A stretch of DNA of 64,000 bases from the NCBI RefSeq assembly GCF_018977255.1, contig NW_024704748.1, positions 22,506,001 to 22,570,000 on the forward strand. Reading direction: 5' to 3'. The DNA comes from Callorhinchus milii (Eukaryota). The translations under genes and the position numbers were made by a program. This document shows, piece by piece, positions 39,344 to 51,548 of the stretch (positions are counted from its first letter, which is position 1; each line of letters begins with the position of its first letter). Below the pieces are notes generated by a model. It had not been told where the DNA came from. It did no database searches and saw only the letters and a program-made list of their open reading frames with translations.

Positions 39344-39549
39344 CAAACTAATGCCAAGTGTGCTGATTTTGTGGGCAATTTTATGCTATAAACTCATCCA
39401 CTGGGAACTAGATTAAGACTGCCCAAGCTCATTTTACTTAGGACCCTAACAGCTATGAGAGAAAGACATTCATCCCATCTGTCTGGGCTAGATTCCAAAT
39501 TCCAGAAATGGAAAGACAGTGTTTTGACCTTATGTGCCACCCAATCCCC
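39344..39549 (-). mobile_element. LF-SINE-like element (5' half)
   Basis: Minus strand: GGGGATTGGGTGGC...CTTTCCATTTCTGG...AATCTAGCCCAGAC...GCTGTTAGGGTCCTAAGTAAAATGAGCTTGGGCAGTCTTAATCTAGTTCCCAGTGGA...TTGGCATTAGTTTG, collinear with the recalled LF-SINE consensus and with 55990-56227. Confidence 0.7.
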
Positions 39550-39741
39550 TTCCTTCCTCTATGCAAACGCAAATCTTTCTACACTGCTGAAAGCATTCAG
39601 CATCTTTATGCTTCCCTAAAATTTGATTTGAATTGATCAGATAACCATTTACTTTCATTAACAGATACCTGAATTAATTTCTTTGGGGTTGTAAGTACTG
39701 CTACCATTATTGATTTTCTTGCAAAGACTTGGCTGTGCTTC

Positions 39742-39800
39742 TACAACAACAACAACAACAACCAAATTACATTTATAGAGCGCCTTTCACATCAGGAAGA
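39742..39800 (-). mobile_element. Very short L2 3' end
   Basis: (CAA)n...ATTACATTTATAGAGCGCCTTTCACATCAGGAAGAC, nearly identical to the reverse of 23175-23232. Confidence 0.85.
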
Positions 39801-42454
39801 CTTGTTTTTACCTCGGTAACAACAGTGCATTGCATTGACAGAATTCCAAACCAATTGTTCCAAGTTTTAATTTTCTTTAAAAAAAAGCACAATGGTATAG
39901 AAATTAGAGGATTGTTTTTACAAGATTAACTCACACCTTTTGACACGGTAGTTATTCATCCATCCTCACTCCTTTCATTGTAATTCAATGCAATATCCTC
40001 TTAAGCCATGAAAGCATGTTCTAGGTTTTCAGATTCCTACAATATTCAGTAAAGCTTGTTCTAATCAGAAATATTTTCTTTTCTTTATCGGTAAACATCA
40101 AAATGAATTGTCCTTTGAACGTGTAAGTTCTTTTTACGATGTGTTTGGTATCTGTAGTGTACTTTAAAATGTATGTTATTTTTAAAGGTAATAACATTTC
40201 TAAATTAACAACCACATTGCTTTGTGACCCTGATTTTCAGAAGCTACAGTGTGGTCATATTAACCCAGATGAAATTTGACAGGCCACTGAGATGGTATGC
40301 ATGATGTCCCAGACCCACATGGTGTGAAGCATAAAGATTACAGTATAATCTTGTGATTATATTCAGCATGACTTCAGATGAAATGTATGACAAACGAAGA
40401 GCTGTGTTTCTTGTAGTCCGAGACTGATACAGAAGCTAATCAGTGTCCAAGTAAATGTCATTACATAAATTATAGACAAGACTTTGATGCATATTCCCAC
40501 AGAGCCTCACAGTGTCATCTAGAATGAGTTAGAGTGCTCATGAAGTGGAATTTGAACGTAACCGCGGTAAATTCCTTTTTTTAATAAAAAAAGCATTTAC
40601 AGTATTTAAAGCATTAAAAGCATTTAAAGCACGAATCAGTAATTAGCAAAATTCAGCCTTTTATTTTAAGGTTCCCCAAATCCTAATTGCCAAGTGTTTC
40701 AAAGGATAGGTATAAATTAATTGTAGGAAAAATCTGGCAGTAAGGAGTTGCTGAAAAGAGAAAGCAGAAGACAGTTATTGTCCAAGGAAAGAAATATTTA
40801 TTGTTGAACCATGAAGTAGAAGGGACAAAAGGAACAAACAAATAGCAATGATGGTCAAACCAAGCTACAGTGTGTTCAAGCTTTCTACTGAGGACTGACC
40901 ACAGCTTATGTACCAGGTCTGAATTCTGAACAGATTCATTCATAGAGCATAAGCTGCACAGCTTGTGAGGAATTCTCCCAACCCTCAAACACAGAGTTAA
41001 CCTTGCTGAATTCTAAAAGCAAAATGTATATGGTAGATATATTTGATACCTGTATATACAATCTGAAAAATGTATTAATATCCCAAAGTCCTTTGTAATG
41101 ATATTTTCTTTCGAATAGCCATAGATGTTCATACAATAAAAGTATTTATTGAGAATAAATATCCTCCCTTCCTTTTAGATGCCGTAGAAGATGATAGCGA
41201 ACAGTGAGAAGAAAAAATGGTGATTGTGGGCAAAATTCAGCTGAGACACATTATTTTCTTATTCCTATCTTCTTTTGACTTTGTAAAAATACATAACTTG
41301 AAGAACTATAAATTGAGGCCACATTTCTCCCCCTCAACCTGGAGGGTTAAGAAAACAACAGTCTGGACCAAAAGGTGAAGCTTGAGGCACTTCATCGCAT
41401 GCACAGTGAACTATTTGCTGAATGATTGATGGAAGTTGATCTTCTCATCGAGACATCCCGAAGTTTTGAAGATTTACCTCATAAAACAATTGATCCAGAA
41501 TAATTTGGGATTCAGGTTGTTCTGGGACGCAGGGGAAAACATTACTGGTGAGATTTCTCCTACATTTTTTTGAATTGTGCATCAATATCACAGGATACAA
41601 AAACGTATTGTTCAGACAAAAACTACTAAATTCACTTTGTTCAACTTTCCTCGGGTATTTTTTAAACTGTTATCTGAATAAAAGGTAGTGACGTTTTAAA
41701 CATATAAATCTGTTCCGTTGCATGACATATTCATGCAAGGGTAGATGGGTAACTACAAACCACTTTATCTGTTTCTCTTTTTGATCAGAAGAGCAAAGAT
41801 ATCCAAACTGTTCAACTCTATAAGAGATTGTGTCTTGCAGAACAGTGTTACAGAGACCTCTGAGGCCGAAATGTTGATCAGAGGGATTACTGAATGATTC
41901 AAGTGTACTTGACATCAAAATCTAAACAGCACATTCTTGCACAGTGGGAGATTTCATGCTACTTACTTATAGGGGTTGGTACAGACTTATCTCTGAAGAT
42001 TTAAATATGGTCCACTGAGACCAATTGTCTAGTCTCTGCAAGACTGTGCAGAAGATGAGGAGCTCCAGTCTATTTATATTGTTTTCTGCATCCTTTTTAG
42101 TAATCAAATCCCCAGGAACATGTTCCCATCAACATTGACCCCTCCTCCCCTTGCATTTTGATTCTGATGCACCATTTCCAATAATTGGGAAACTTGAAAA
42201 CGAAGATGATCATTATTTTAATGTCATGAGATGACTAACCTACCAATGAATCTGGTTGCTTACCTAGGGAGTCTGCATGACCTTTTGCTGCTGAATAAAG
42301 ATTCATTCTCCTGAAAACAAATTGGGTGAATTGACAAAGATAATTATTGGGTTATTTGAAAAGTTAGGATAGATTGCCACCCAGTAAATGTTAGAAACTG
42401 GTTATCTGGTGTGAAGGATACATTATATACTGACGGAGATGCCACTTGAATAAA

Positions 42455-42555
42455 ATCTATATTGAGCTCTATCATCCTGTAAAGAAATACTTCCTGGTGT
42501 CTGTCTCAAAATTAGTCTTCACAACCTTGAACCTGTACATTCTTGCCCTGCCTCT
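42455..42555 (-). mobile_element. CR1 ORF2 C-terminal remnant
   Basis: Minus strand reads RARMYRFKVVKTNFETDTRKYFFT (compare CR1 TRGH.xKL...F.xD.RK.FF). Confidence 0.6.
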
Positions 42556-43544
42556 ATTCTTCTTAGCATTTTGTATACCTCTTTGTGGTTCTCATCTGAG
42601 ACAAAATGGGTGCCTTATCTTGTGTAATCATTCTTCATAGATTATCCCTCTAAAATGGGATAAGGTTTATTGTTTGCCCTACTTGAAAACTTTCCTTATT
42701 AAAAAAATCGCTACTCCAACCTTTTATTAATTAATTATATTTTCCTGCCAAAATGTTTACATCATGTCTGTCTATACCAAAGAGTAAGAACTAATACAAT
42801 GAGCCAGTATATATAATATCCTAGCAATCATCTTAAAACACAAGGAAAACAGCAATGATTCTATAATAAGAGCAACATAATGTAAGAAAAAATTGGAGGT
42901 ATCAGATTATATTCTACACTAGTGCTCTTAAAAATTCAATACATGGATAGTGGATAAACACAACAGTAGGATAATAAGGATTAAATTGCTTTGGACAGAT
43001 ACATTTATTTAAGGAATTTAAGCTTAATATAGTATGAAATATTCCTGAGGATTTTTGAACACTTAATAAACAACTTATTTAGACTGTTGGTGAATAAACA
43101 GCAAATTCAATAGTATTGAACTCTAAGGACAATTTTGTCATTTAAATGTTTGGGCTGTCAAAATTCTCTAGGAGGATCGGACTAAATAGGTTTCTTAAAT
43201 GATAAGAAAACAATATAAATATAATTCATTCAAATACAGAACTAGTCAACCATAAAGGCATGAGAATATTTAAATATTTCAAAGCAAGTTGATGTATTAA
43301 ACTATCTTAAAATCAAGCAACAAACATTTGATAATTTAATATCTGCATGGAGCAAAAATTAAATTAATATACATATATGTTGATATATTTGTTTTAGAAG
43401 TTCAGATTTAAAAGGGATTGAAATGCTCCTGCTAATTTGGGCATTTAAAAGTAAAAGTAAACTTTGAGGAATATGAAAAAATACCATCGCACCCAACTGT
43501 AATGCAGATTTTGTGATGCTTCTTACTGTTTTGGTAATTTTTTT

Positions 43545-43645
43545 AACATTTGATATAACCCATTTCACCACAAGAAGATGTCTCGAAGCGTTTTTTCACA
43601 GGAGATAAGTAATTGTATTTTTGTGGGGAAACGCAGCAGTTAATA
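43545..43645 (-). mobile_element. Diverged SINE 3' fragment
   Basis: CATTTGATATA...GAAGATGTCTCGAAGCG...TGTGGGGAAACGCAGCAG matches the reversed SINE tail and Deu segment. Confidence 0.65.
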
Positions 43646-46600
43646 CCAGTTCTTATTGAAAGGCAAGAACAATATGTTAAGACTGAGCTAATGGTTCCCT
43701 GACATAATGGATAGAAACAATGATTTATATTTTCTTTTGGAGAGGATCTTATTTTGTAGTCAAATGGCATATGAAAGTCATTGGGTCCAGTTCTGAGATT
43801 GGTTCATAATGTGGCTGCTCAGAGGCTGCACCATAAAGAGTCTTGCACATCCTTCATAAAGTTAGAGACTTACCTCAGACTGATGGCAGTGATTGAGTAG
43901 CGAAAGTATCAAACAGATGTTGTCTCTTGTTCCTTTTGGGGCCTCTTTTTGTAGTTATACATTTGGCAGTTTTGTCCTACTTTAAGTTCCTCGAGGACAT
44001 CTGGGGTAAGTGGATACCGGGAAATTCTGGGTAATCTTGTTAGTGATTATAGAGCCTGGGCTTTATTTCAGTTGCCATAATGAGAGGGAAACTTCTGCAC
44101 TGAGCCAACTCAAATATTTGACAGGACATTAACTTACACCTCGAATATTAACTAGTGTCTAGGACCTGTCTGCAGAGCTATCCAATTTATGACTCATAGA
44201 TGCCTGGCTTGGACTTAAGTGTTAAATAAATCTTTAGTTTGTCCATTCTGGTTTCAGTTTTTTTATTCTATAACCTTATCATCACTGCTCTAAGTATAGG
44301 GAATAGGAGCAGTTTCACCTGGGAGGCAAACTGGCTTCTATTTTAACCTTCTCACAACATTATCTAAAGGCTAATGAATGGAAGAGGCAGGTTGCAAATA
44401 ACATTGAGCAATGCTATGCTGTTTGACAGCATTTAAGTAAATTTGAATATTTACTGTAATGCATTAACCTAATGATTCAATGACAGTGTAAGAGGACAAA
44501 GGCTTATTTAAATCACAAGACAATACAGGGCCTCTTCAATTAGCTCAAGGCCCGCTATTCCAGGATTTAATCTACATGCGCCTAGTTCCTACTTAGCCAT
44601 TAAAAGATGGTTAAGTACATGGTCCCTTTAAGAACTTTCACAGTATTGCTTTTGAAATTTAATTTATTGAAATGCAGGACTCAGTTGGGAATTATTACCC
44701 ACTTGCTAGCCAATCAGATAGTTTATTAAAATAATACAATCTACTAATGCAAGCTGAAGGCTATAATATTTTTACTGTTAATTGCACTGTACATTAGTAA
44801 CAAATGAGTAGACAGAAGTTCTAGAAATGTTGTGTGTGTAATATAGTTAACCCTTTCATAGCCAATGTCTTTTCAACTGCGAAAATATATACGTTTCTTT
44901 CAGATATTCTGAAAATCGAACTTATCTGTAAACGTCCAATGAAAATTATTATTAGAAGTCAAATATAGAGCACCCACAGCTTGTTTTTAAAACTTACATT
45001 CTTAAAAAATCAAATATTAGTCATTTTAGATTTTTGCTACTGAGATCTCTAAAGAAGTACAATTATTAAACTTCTAAAAATATTTGTTAAATTGTTTTTT
45101 TATTCCTCATATTCTTACGTTGATATAATAATGTACTGCACTATGGATTAGTAAAATGATAATTTATCCATGTAATTCCCAATGTCTTGAGATCCAGATT
45201 GGTCAGAGGAAGTTCTAAGCAATGCTAAGGCACTCCTCGAAGAAGAGAAAGGGAAGTGAAGGATGAGTATTCCTAGCTTAATCTTGTGCACTTCCTAGTG
45301 TCTAGCTGTAGAACTACACTGACAAAAAGCTAGGAGCAGGTTACATTTTATGCTCGCTTGATCAGTATGGCATGTGTGTGTGTTTGAGCGTGTATGGGGT
45401 GAGGGGGGGAGGGGGGTTCTAATCCAAAAGAAAGGAGAAAATAATTTAAAAGTAAATTAAAAAGGTTCTTAACAAGGTACCCTTAGAATAGCACTATGTT
45501 CGATACTCAACAAAATAACCCTTTGACAAACTGATCCTCACCCAAAAATTCATGACTGTGCTGAAGACTTCAGAATAGAGCGGCTGCCTTTGATTTCCTA
45601 GTCAAACTAAAGGAAAATCACAGGGAGCTGAAATACCGAATGACAGCAGGTTGTTACTGAGAAATCTCTGTCCCCTGCTTCTCAATTTTGCTACATCCAT
45701 CCAGATGGCAGATTAGAAACAGGATTCTGTGGGGTTGTGACAAATACCTAGGTAATATCATTCAGTTTGCTTAACTGTGAAACAGAATTTACCACCACCC
45801 TTTGTTTGATTGTCGACCTGACTCGTCAGATGAGAGAGACTCTTGGACAATCTGCCAGAACTGCAGCACAACTAAATGCCACAGACAAGTGGTACTTGAT
45901 GTAAGACTGCAAACAGTGCACCCACCATGACTGACAGGCTTTTTTTTTATAATCTGCAGTGTAGATACTTAAAAAAAGAAAAAAAAATATAGGAATATGG
46001 ATACAAATGTCTTGGAAGAGAGATTAGTTTTAACAAAAATAATTCTACGTTTTAACCTCTGGAATCATTTTTGTGACATCGTTTTCTCAGTATGTGTCAA
46101 AATAATGCTCCTGAAACACATTTAATTGGAGTTGGTTTGCTAACACTGCTGTGATCTACTTTTTCCTTCCCTGCTGAAGGAAACCACACTACCTGGAACT
46201 GGCACCTAATTATCATCAATTTTTATTTAATGTAATAAATGCTGTGCATATGTTAAATAGCTGAAGTACTGTTGCCAGTGTTCTTTGTTTAGATCCATCT
46301 AAAGTCTTGGTAAAATAGAGTGGAATTTCTTAATAGATTTACTTCATTATTTCGTTTTTTAAATTATCTGGAAATATTTATTTTGGCTTAAATCTCCCTT
46401 TTTGTTGGAAAATCTCCTGAATTCAAAATCAATCGGCAAGTGATCTCTGAGTATATACTACTCTGAGCCTTCAGTAAACATTTATCTGCATACAATCTAA
46501 GTTAGATATACATGAGAAAGGATCTCAAATCAAATAATTACAGAAATAAGTGAAGCTAATGATATATTCCTTTCTATGTCGATTTCAGGATAGGACTGTA

Positions 46601-48800
46601 AAACAGCCAAAGAAAATTTAAATCTTGGAAGGTACACATAGTTTAAGACTGGTTAGATTGTTAGGTACGAAAATAAAATAAGGTTGTTTCCCCAAATTCA
46701 AAGAAGACATTGAAATGTTTGTTCTGAAAGTGGGCAACAGAGGACAATATAAATGCTGCTATTGAAGCTGCCTCTAAAAAGACCTCTGTAGTTTTATCCT
46801 AAAACTGTGTTTTTCTTGGCAAACTTTGAAGGTGATTCAAAAGGAAGTAGATAAAGAATAAGTCTCCCTCATTTTACAATGGGCCATGTGATGTGTACTC
46901 ATTTTGGCAGTTCAAGATCCAGGTATCTCCTGAAAAAACACTCTTGATCCAAACACAGTACCAAGTAATCCATCAGAGGAATATGCTTAGATTATGATTT
47001 GTGTTTCCGATGCCCATTTCTGTTCCCAGAGGTCTAATCGGAGGCTATTGAATGCTTGCTAACCATTTCACTTATAACTGCTAGAACAATCATCAGTGAA
47101 AGCAACATTTTATCACCCATTCCTCAATAGTGTTAATTGCTGCAGAAACGAAAGGAAAGACCGTGCCCCATGTTTCTTCCTTTATTGGAGCTTCTGCTAT
47201 GAGATTTGTATTCTGTTTTCTGCTGGAGTATGAAAACAGCTCTTTGCCGGCTGGAATTGTGATATGCATGGCAGAAATGAACATCAGAAAAAAGCAAGGA
47301 CAATTAAGTCTAAGAGTCAGCCCGAGAAACTCACTAGGAGGGGCAGAATTACTTGTAATAAAAGCACATTAGTTTTGTTCAGTGGAGTGGTGCTACTGTC
47401 TACCCATAATCCAATTAGAAGTTGAATGGGTGCATAGTGGCTATTATGTTGAATGAATGTACATAAGGAGAAGGAAATTTTTTCCCCAATAGTAGATCTT
47501 CAAAAAAAGTGCCTCCTATGACGAGGTGATGGTGGGGTGGGGGGGGGAATCACGGATGATGGCACAGCAATTGGTGTTTTTTTCATATATTGTGGTGTGA
47601 TTGTTTTTTTCTTACTGAGTTCCTCAGCTGTAACATCAGGACCATGCCCTGAGCATATGCTATGTGCTTGCCCTTGGAGAACAATGGAGACCAAAGGGCC
47701 ACAACATGCCACTCTTATACATCGCCTAGCGGCTAGATCAAGAACAAAATTAGGCCTAGAAGCAGGTTACTCCCCAGTATTTGTATTTGCATTGCACCTG
47801 CTTTAGGTAGAGTTAGTAACAGTGGTGCTCAGACACGTTTTACACGAATGGTGTGGCTGGTAATCAACTGGATTCTCCTTATGACGAGCAGGTGGCATAT
47901 TATGAATGCAACTTCATCTGTTTGGGTCTAGAATTCTCATTACAGAAACTATAACGTGCGTGTGGATAAATCAGAGTTTACGGACACGCTCCATGGGCAA
48001 ATTATAGAATTTATAATTCATATTACACATACCATGTGTGTTCTGTGCTATTCCAAACTCCATTCCAGATTGTCCCTGCTGAACGAAATCCAATCTGTCC
48101 TCATACCTTCAGCTCTGGGGTTCACCAGCTGAATGATCTGTGTGCTCCATATTAGGTGAGAGTTTGGCCTTTAAACATAAGAAGATCAGTAGGGATTTGA
48201 GACGCAACGATTCCTTCCTACAGTATATTCACTATTCTATTACAACACATATAATGTGATTTGCGTAACACTGCAATCTTGACTTCTAATAGCTTACTTG
48301 ATATTTTGTTGTGAACATTTATCTGTGTCAGTACAGTACTTTTGTAACAACTACAACTTTCCTAATGTACATCCGTATCATGAGTGCCAACCGTTCAGTA
48401 ATATTTGTGGCTTACCTTAATGCTCCTGTTTAAATCATACAAATTCTTTTGGAAACCCTGCCAAATCCTCCCAACGGTGGAGACTGCATTGATGTGGTCA
48501 GTAACATGTTACGATGCTTGGTGCCCTCCTTGCATGTTGGAGGGTTGTCTTCCCCCATTAAAACTATGCTCCCTCCTCACTCTATAGCTGTGTTAAGTAG
48601 CAGAGCATAAGTAGCATTGCTCCCTCCCTGAAACTGGAATTGTGCTGTTGCTACTGCTGCTGCTGCTGCCGAGACATTTTCCACGACAATTTTACACTTC
48701 ACATCTGGATTCACTGGCTTTTCAAAACCTGTAGAGGTCAAGTGACTCATTAGCTGCCTGAAGCGTGAAAATAGTATTATTGCAGGTGATTTGCCATTGT

Positions 48801-48849
48801 TTCGAAGACATGATAAGGCGCTATATCAAATGCAATGATTATTATTATT
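48801..48849 (+). mobile_element. Minimal SINE 3' tail (~50 bp)
   Basis: TCGAAGACATGATAAGGCGCTATATCAAATGCAATGA(TTA)n. Confidence 0.85.
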
Positions 48850-49884
48850 GTCTGGTATTTTCCCATTACCCCCTTTTAATTTTGCATTCCTCACAACCGT
48901 CACTTTGGAAAAGTCTCGTTCCAGCAATTTCTTTAGCAGATTCGTTAAAAAAAAATAAGCTTTACGCTTGTTTTTTTCATACGACCCGAAGAATGTCAAG
49001 CCCTTAATATTTTGCTGTAAGAGAAGCTGTCAGGTTATCGATGATAAATTAAAATGAATAAAGAAACTCTTGTCATGAATTTGAGAGAAAGGAATAACTA
49101 TGAGCATACAGATGATCACAAGACCCTCTGGGGTACTCTGTAGAGGATTATGCTTTCAGTATATGTGTGCTGTCTCAATAGCACTGCCAAAATCTACCAA
49201 ATCTCCACATTTACCTGGGAGACTCCCTGAAACAGAAGCTGTATATGGTTGGCCCTCATCGAACATAATTTCTCCCAGAGAGAGTTATTTCCTCTTCTGT
49301 GTACCCTCTCTCCATGATGCTTTAGTAGTGTGTTCAGTAGTTGGATGGTTTATTTATCCAAATAATGACCTTGAATAACAAAAAAAAGCACAAATGAATT
49401 GGAGAAAGAGCTTGCATTGAGATATTATACATGTATGTATATTTATATAAATAATCAGAATGCTACCTAGTGTGGTACTAACAGAATCACGAAAGGATTA
49501 TGATTTCACTTAATGCACCATGTGCAAACAATGACCTTGACTTCAGATGGAAGGAGAGGTTGTTGAATTTTTCAGAAGGCAAAATAAAATGTTAGATATC
49601 TAAGATTTCTGAAATGAATTTTTTGGGGGAGGGTTCAAGGTTGTTGTTTTCTTGATCTATATTTGAAAATGCAGCAATAGCACACAAAAAAAATGAGGGT
49701 ATGATTTTTCACAATTAACCATTTCAGGTCTGTATTAACATTTCATCCAAATTTAAATCAAGATTGGAATTTTAACTCTTTCTCACCATTGTGTAATAAA
49801 CATTCCATGTGTTTATAGTTTCAGCTTCCTGACTGAAGTATAATTCTCAGGTACAATATTTTTCTGGAGTATTATTTTGGAATA

Positions 49885-50095
49885 AACACATTAAGACAAA
49901 GGAATATGGGTTTAGGGTTGCAAGGGGGCAATTTCAGGAAGCATTTATTCATCCAGAAGCTGGTTAATGACTGAAACAGGTTATCAAGAAGGGTGATTGA
50001 AGCCATTCAAACACAAAGCTAGGAGAATAGTAGGCTTATTCTGGAAGAATGAGATCAAATAACTGAAGGACCTTCATTTGAACCTTTCTTGCAGT
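49885..50095 (+). mobile_element. Highly degenerate CR1 3' fragment
   Basis: AGACAAAGGAATATGGGTTTAGG...AGGAAGCATTTATTCATCCAGAAGCTGGTTAATGACTGAAACAGGTTA (compare CR1 RK.FF.QRVV..WN.L). Confidence 0.5.
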
Positions 50096-50219
50096 ATGAT
50101 GGAAATTGTTTGTATCTCGACAGATTAAAGAAATATGTTTTTAATTCTCAAGGGGCTGAAAATATAGAAACACAAAATTAAAACAATGTATGCATCAAGT
50201 TTTGTTTTATGTTTTCTTT

Positions 50220-50432
50220 CCAATTTTCTCACCTTTTACTCTGGAGTGCTGTTTTTGTCACCTTATTCTGAGCGCCTATTGATGCACTCTCTGGTGTTCC
50301 AAGTGGCCATTATTCATATGTAAGCAAAGACAACCAGTGTCAGCAGGCTATTCAACTACAGAAGGTATTACAGCTGACTCCAGTCCATACCATAAATACA
50401 CAGGGGTTTTAGTGGATGGCGATCAGATTCCC
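50220..50432 (-). mobile_element. Old SINE, AmnSINE2-like (3' part)
   Basis: CAAGTGGCCATTATTCAT...CAGTGTCAGCAGGCTATTCAACT...ATTACAGC, homologous to the 17920 and 22500 copies. Confidence 0.55.
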
Positions 50433-50786
50433 CCAAATTCACATGGTCATAGCCTTAAGAGCGTTGAGTGAAACTTGTGACATTCGATACCCAGTTTCTT
50501 GCGATAACTTTCACCGGTAATGTGTTATCGAACATGGCAAACACGTTCCTAATTACCACCAACAAAAGCTGACATGATTCCCATTGCTCTCCAAACTCTC
50601 TCCACCAACTTCTTTAAACTTCACCCCTGCAGCGCTGCTATTTCTGCTGGGAGAAAATCAATAAAAAAAACACAAGAAACTGACTTAAAGTTGTTTTTCT
50701 GATCTAAGGCATTGAAATGCTACATTAAACCCCCAAATACTGTTTTAAATTGTGGACTCACTCAGACTATACCATTGTACATTGTA

Positions 50787-50850
50787 TCCATCCTTCGAAT
50801 GAGATGTTAAACCGAGGTTCCGTCCGCCTGTTCAGGTGGACATGAAAGAA
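50787..50850 (+). mobile_element. Deu-SINE central fragment
   Basis: CCATCCTTCGAATGAGATGTTAAACCGAGGTTCCGTCCGCCTGTTCAGGTGGACATGAAAGA; compare 60548-60608. Confidence 0.75.
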
Positions 50851-51134
50851 TGGCTTTATAAAGCCCCCACACGCATCACCAGATTTGACAAACAAGTAGG
50901 GAAAGAGCCATTTGCCTCAACAAGCCTGCTGTCTCCACAGTCAAGACAGAATCTACCCTGTTATGAATTCCATGTTGTTTACTGTATCTGTTGAAGGAAA
51001 GATCTATATAGAAACAAAGACAAACTCGGCTCTGAGACAATTCTTTTTGAATGATTTAATTGCAGCTTTAACTGCTTTTGTTTGGAAGCTATTCCACATA
51101 TTCACTATTCTATGAATACACAGTCAAACCACTT

Positions 51135-51548
51135 TATGGAGTCCTGTAGCTTAGTGGTTAGAGCACTTGCCTTGCAATCGAGAGGACCTGAGTTCGATTT
51201 CCAGGCAGGGCAAAATGTTGGCAAGTTTCCTTACTCCACACGCCTCTGTTTATCTAGCAGTAAGTAGGAAACTGGTTGTTAGTCAATTGGCGGATCGCTT
51301 TTCCGGGGATAGTAATCCCATCAAAAAAAAATTTGGTCACTCAATCCACAACTGTGTGTGGGACACTACTGTGCGCAATTGGCATTTCGCCCACAAAATA
51401 CACAGTCAATTCACTTTACAGTATACTCTATAAAGCGCTTTGAGACGTCTAGAAGACGTGATAAGGCACCATATCAAATGCAGGGATTATTTACAGTAAA
51501 TCCTGTGAAGACATGATAAGGCCCTCTATGAAATGCAAGGATTATTAT
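51135..51548 (+). mobile_element. Full-length tRNA-Ala-derived SINE (long subfamily) plus a second, internally deleted tail
   Basis: Same head and tail as 20627, but with ~62 extra bp (51246-51307). A second tail occupies 51491-51548. Confidence 0.95.

Noticed and set aside
40241-40450. Two short plus-strand exon candidates that splice in frame
   Set aside because: Peptide unrecognised, the next candidate exon introduces a stop, and frame agreement is easily chance.
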